Positions 49,760 to 52,441 of a stretch of 52,441 bases of DNA are shown here, piece after piece (position 1 is the first letter of the stretch; the number at the start of each line of letters is the position of its first letter). This stretch comes from Callorhinchus milii. Taxonomy: Eukaryota. A model generated the notes under the pieces. That model did no database searches and was not told the DNA's origin. It saw only the letters and a program-made list of their open reading frames with translations. Both the position numbers and the translations under genes were made by a program. The stretch lies in assembly GCF_018977255.1 (NCBI RefSeq), contig NW_024705349.1, positions 1 to 52,441 of the forward strand, written 5' to 3'.

Positions 49760-50815
49760 ATGCCGACGTTTCAAGTCGGCCTATCGGAAGTGCCCGCAGC
49801 GCCGAGACGGCCTTTCTGAATGTCTCCAATGGCCTCCCGATGGTTACCGACAACGGCAAATTGTCCGCGTTGCGTCTCCTCGATCTTGCTGTGGCGTTTG
49901 ATAACTGTCGACTGTGTTGTGATGCTGCAGGGTCCTGAGCGAAGATTCTGGATTGGTGGAGCTTTGCCACTCTGGTTTCATTCATACTCAAAGGGCAGAA
50001 CTTAGAGAGTGTGTCACAACGGCCGGTTGTTATCAACTGTTCGTGTCACTTGTTCAGTGTTACGTCCTGTACTTTTATCGTCTATGCCGCTGAGTTCTCG
50101 AAACTGGTGGACAAACATTGGGTTAACCTTCGCACATTTGCAGATGACACTTTTGGCTGTGCGTACATTGTGAGCCAGATCGCATAACGGCCTCAGCCAT
50201 TGTTCTTGAACAATGTGTTCTCGATGTTAGATGCTGGATGGCATCCAATCGATTGAAGCTGAATACAGATAAAAAAACAGATGTGATCTGGTTCGGCACG
50301 ACCTATAGCTTTGATAAGCTGATCAGCCACGGTCCATCCGCTCAATGTGGGTACGACTACCATACCACCAGCTGCCTATGTCCGTAGTCTTGGAGTTGTA
50401 CTGGCACCTGACCTTGAATCCGCACAACACGTTGCTATGATCTGTAAGGGCTGCTTTTTCCAGCTCTGTAAGCTGCGTTGTGTCCGTCAATCCCTGGATG
50501 CCAAGGCAGCTGTGCAACTTTCATTCACACTCTCATTACTTCCCGAGTTGACTTGTGCAATGGTTTTCTGGCCGGCGCAACAATGAAGGTGATTAATCAG
50601 CTCCAGCGTGCCTTGAATGCAGCAGCCAGATTACTCGCTGGCACAAGACGAGATACGATCATGGACTACAGAAGCCCATGCTTTTGAAGACTTTCATTTG
50701 TCTGTATACAAGTGCCTTATAAGGTATGGCACCCCGTTATTTGTCGGGATTTATGCACGCCTGTCGCCAACGATCAGAAACGATAACACCTTAGACCCGC
50801 TGCTCATGGTGATGT
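49760..50815 (+). mobile_element. Degenerate L2/CR1-clade LINE reverse-transcriptase remnant
   Basis: Frameshifted motifs FQ..YR..SAETA, LLDL..AFD, FADDT, WMASNRLKLN and LQR..NAAARL. Confidence 0.85.
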
Positions 50816-51985
50816 CGATGTATCTACTGCATATTGAACTTCTTTCGCACCGTACTTAGCCAACAGTGCTAACCAGAGGTGCGGGGATTTCATCGTTGTT
50901 ATAGGAACCCTGCCTACGCTTTTCAGAAGGCGGCAGGGCCCCCTGTCGCGTGGAATTCTCGACCCCGACAAACTCAAGAACGAAAACCCTGAGTTCAACC
51001 GCTTCCGGAGAGACCTTAAAATAAAATTAATGAACACAGCGTGACGTGACGGCAGTGCGCATTAGAGGTGCTATTTGCATGATTTTGCATTTCTTAAATT
51101 ACTATTTACAATTACATTACGTGCATCAAGATTACTAATAAAAATAACACGTAGAAGAAATGATGTAGTTCGTGTAGCTTTACCATATTTGGGAAATTGT
51201 TCCCCTGTTGTTTCCTGAATGTTTGGCTGACAGCACATGTTTCCAATCTGTAGTCAATTTAATAAAAACAGCATCGGCTCAAAATATTATTAAGAAAATG
51301 TTGCAGCAAGCTAATAAGAATCCATACTCTTTGCTTCTTTCGGTAAAGTCACGTAGGTAAAATTAACCCGTAAAAACAAAGTTTTTCACTATAAATCCTT
51401 TATATGCGTGGCGGCTAGAGTCCTCTCGTCCTCTGTTTTGAGATGGCTGCCACCTATGGGTCAGATAATTGCCTGCCACCATTAAGCAATTGGTAATTAA
51501 ATATAATTTTTTTTCTTCCTAAAAAGTGTAAAGTTATAGAATTTTTTTTTTCACGAAAATAAATTGTCACGCACAACGAGTCTGTGTGCAAAATGTCAGC
51601 TCGATTGGATCACGGGAAGTGGGTTAAAAAACGACCGAAAGATTTGCACGGTCGTAAGCGCGCAAGCAAGTGAACTTAATATAAAGGATTTAATAAAAAT
51701 GAAAGATCACAACGTTTCGATCGCAACACAAGCAACCGTCATCAGGTGAGACAACGACAGCAAGAAAACTGGTGTCGTAGGAGGACTGCTGTCCAATTGT
51801 GTTTAGTGATTAGCTTGCTGCAAGCATGGTCAGCTTTAACCCCACGAGTGCTTGGTTGCAGTGCCGACCTGCCACTCGCTCACAATGGCTCTGCCTGTTT
51901 TAATTTACTAATTGTGGGGGTTTTGTTGTTGTTGTCGTCAGGGCAGTGACTTTGCACCTTGGAAGTAGCCAACCCCAAGCTGGGA

Positions 51986-52204
51986 TTATCTACTCCACTC
52001 CTCGTCTGAGGGCCGTGCCACTTGAAGGTTCTCTCCGCCGGTGGGCTCGGCGGACCGCGCGGGAGGGAGCGACGCCAGCGCCACGCACGACGAGAGGTAG
52101 AGCTCGCTATCCGTGATCCTCCCTGCCGCTGTGAAGAAGAGCCGTTGCTCGAAACGTCGCCCGTTGTATACAGCAATGCCCTGGTTTACGCCGGAGGTGC
52201 GTTC
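51986..52204 (-). CDS. Candidate terminal coding exon of an unidentified gene: ERTSGVNQGIAVYNGRRFEQRLFF...RPSDEEWSR*
   Basis: cctttcag acceptor, 72 open GC-rich codons and a TAA stop. Homology not recognised. Confidence 0.4.
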   Translation of the reverse strand, partial: ERTSGVNQGIAVYNGRRFEQRLFFTAAGRITDSELYLSSCVALASLPPARSAEPTGGENLQVARPSDEEWSR

Positions 52205-52441
52205 CTGAAAGGTGTGACGACGAATATCGAAACGACGTAAATCACAGCGATGTACAGGGTTGATGGAGGCGAAGGATGTTAACGACCTCGTCTGCTATAC
52301 AGGAGGTCGTGGGTTCCGTGCCGACTCTCACGTCTGTATATTTTGCATTTGCATGTTATCCCCGCGGTCGTGGGGATTTTTCTCCGGGTCCTCCGGTTTT
52401 TCCTTCCGCATTTAGAATCGTTCGTTTTTGGCTGCTTTAAA

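Overview
Eukaryotic vertebrate genomic DNA, most likely a lamprey (inferred from GC-rich coding exons and the Chapaev3, Penelope-type and V-SINE repeats). Two spliced genes can be rebuilt exon by exon from GT-AG sites and consistent phases. LACTB2 (minus strand) is present as its last five coding exons, 10749->3516, and ends in a canonical PTS1, -SKL. SLC18B1/VPAT (plus strand) has 13 coding exons, ~29669->42967. The introns and intergenic DNA are dense in transposon remnants: a Chapaev3-type transposase with a 442-aa ORF, a complete non-autonomous Helitron, Harbinger- and piggyBac-type MITEs, Rex1/RTE/L2 LINE fragments and tRNA-SINEs. Penelope-type repeats here carry minimal hammerhead-ribozyme cores and occur in inverted pairs. 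An ~11.7 kb block directly after an N gap (12023-~23700) looks like shuffled random sequence with no genomic features, and it lies where the missing LACTB2 5' exons would be expected. I treat it as a probable artefact and do not call a hidden system in it. No CRISPR array, rRNA or true tRNA gene was seen.
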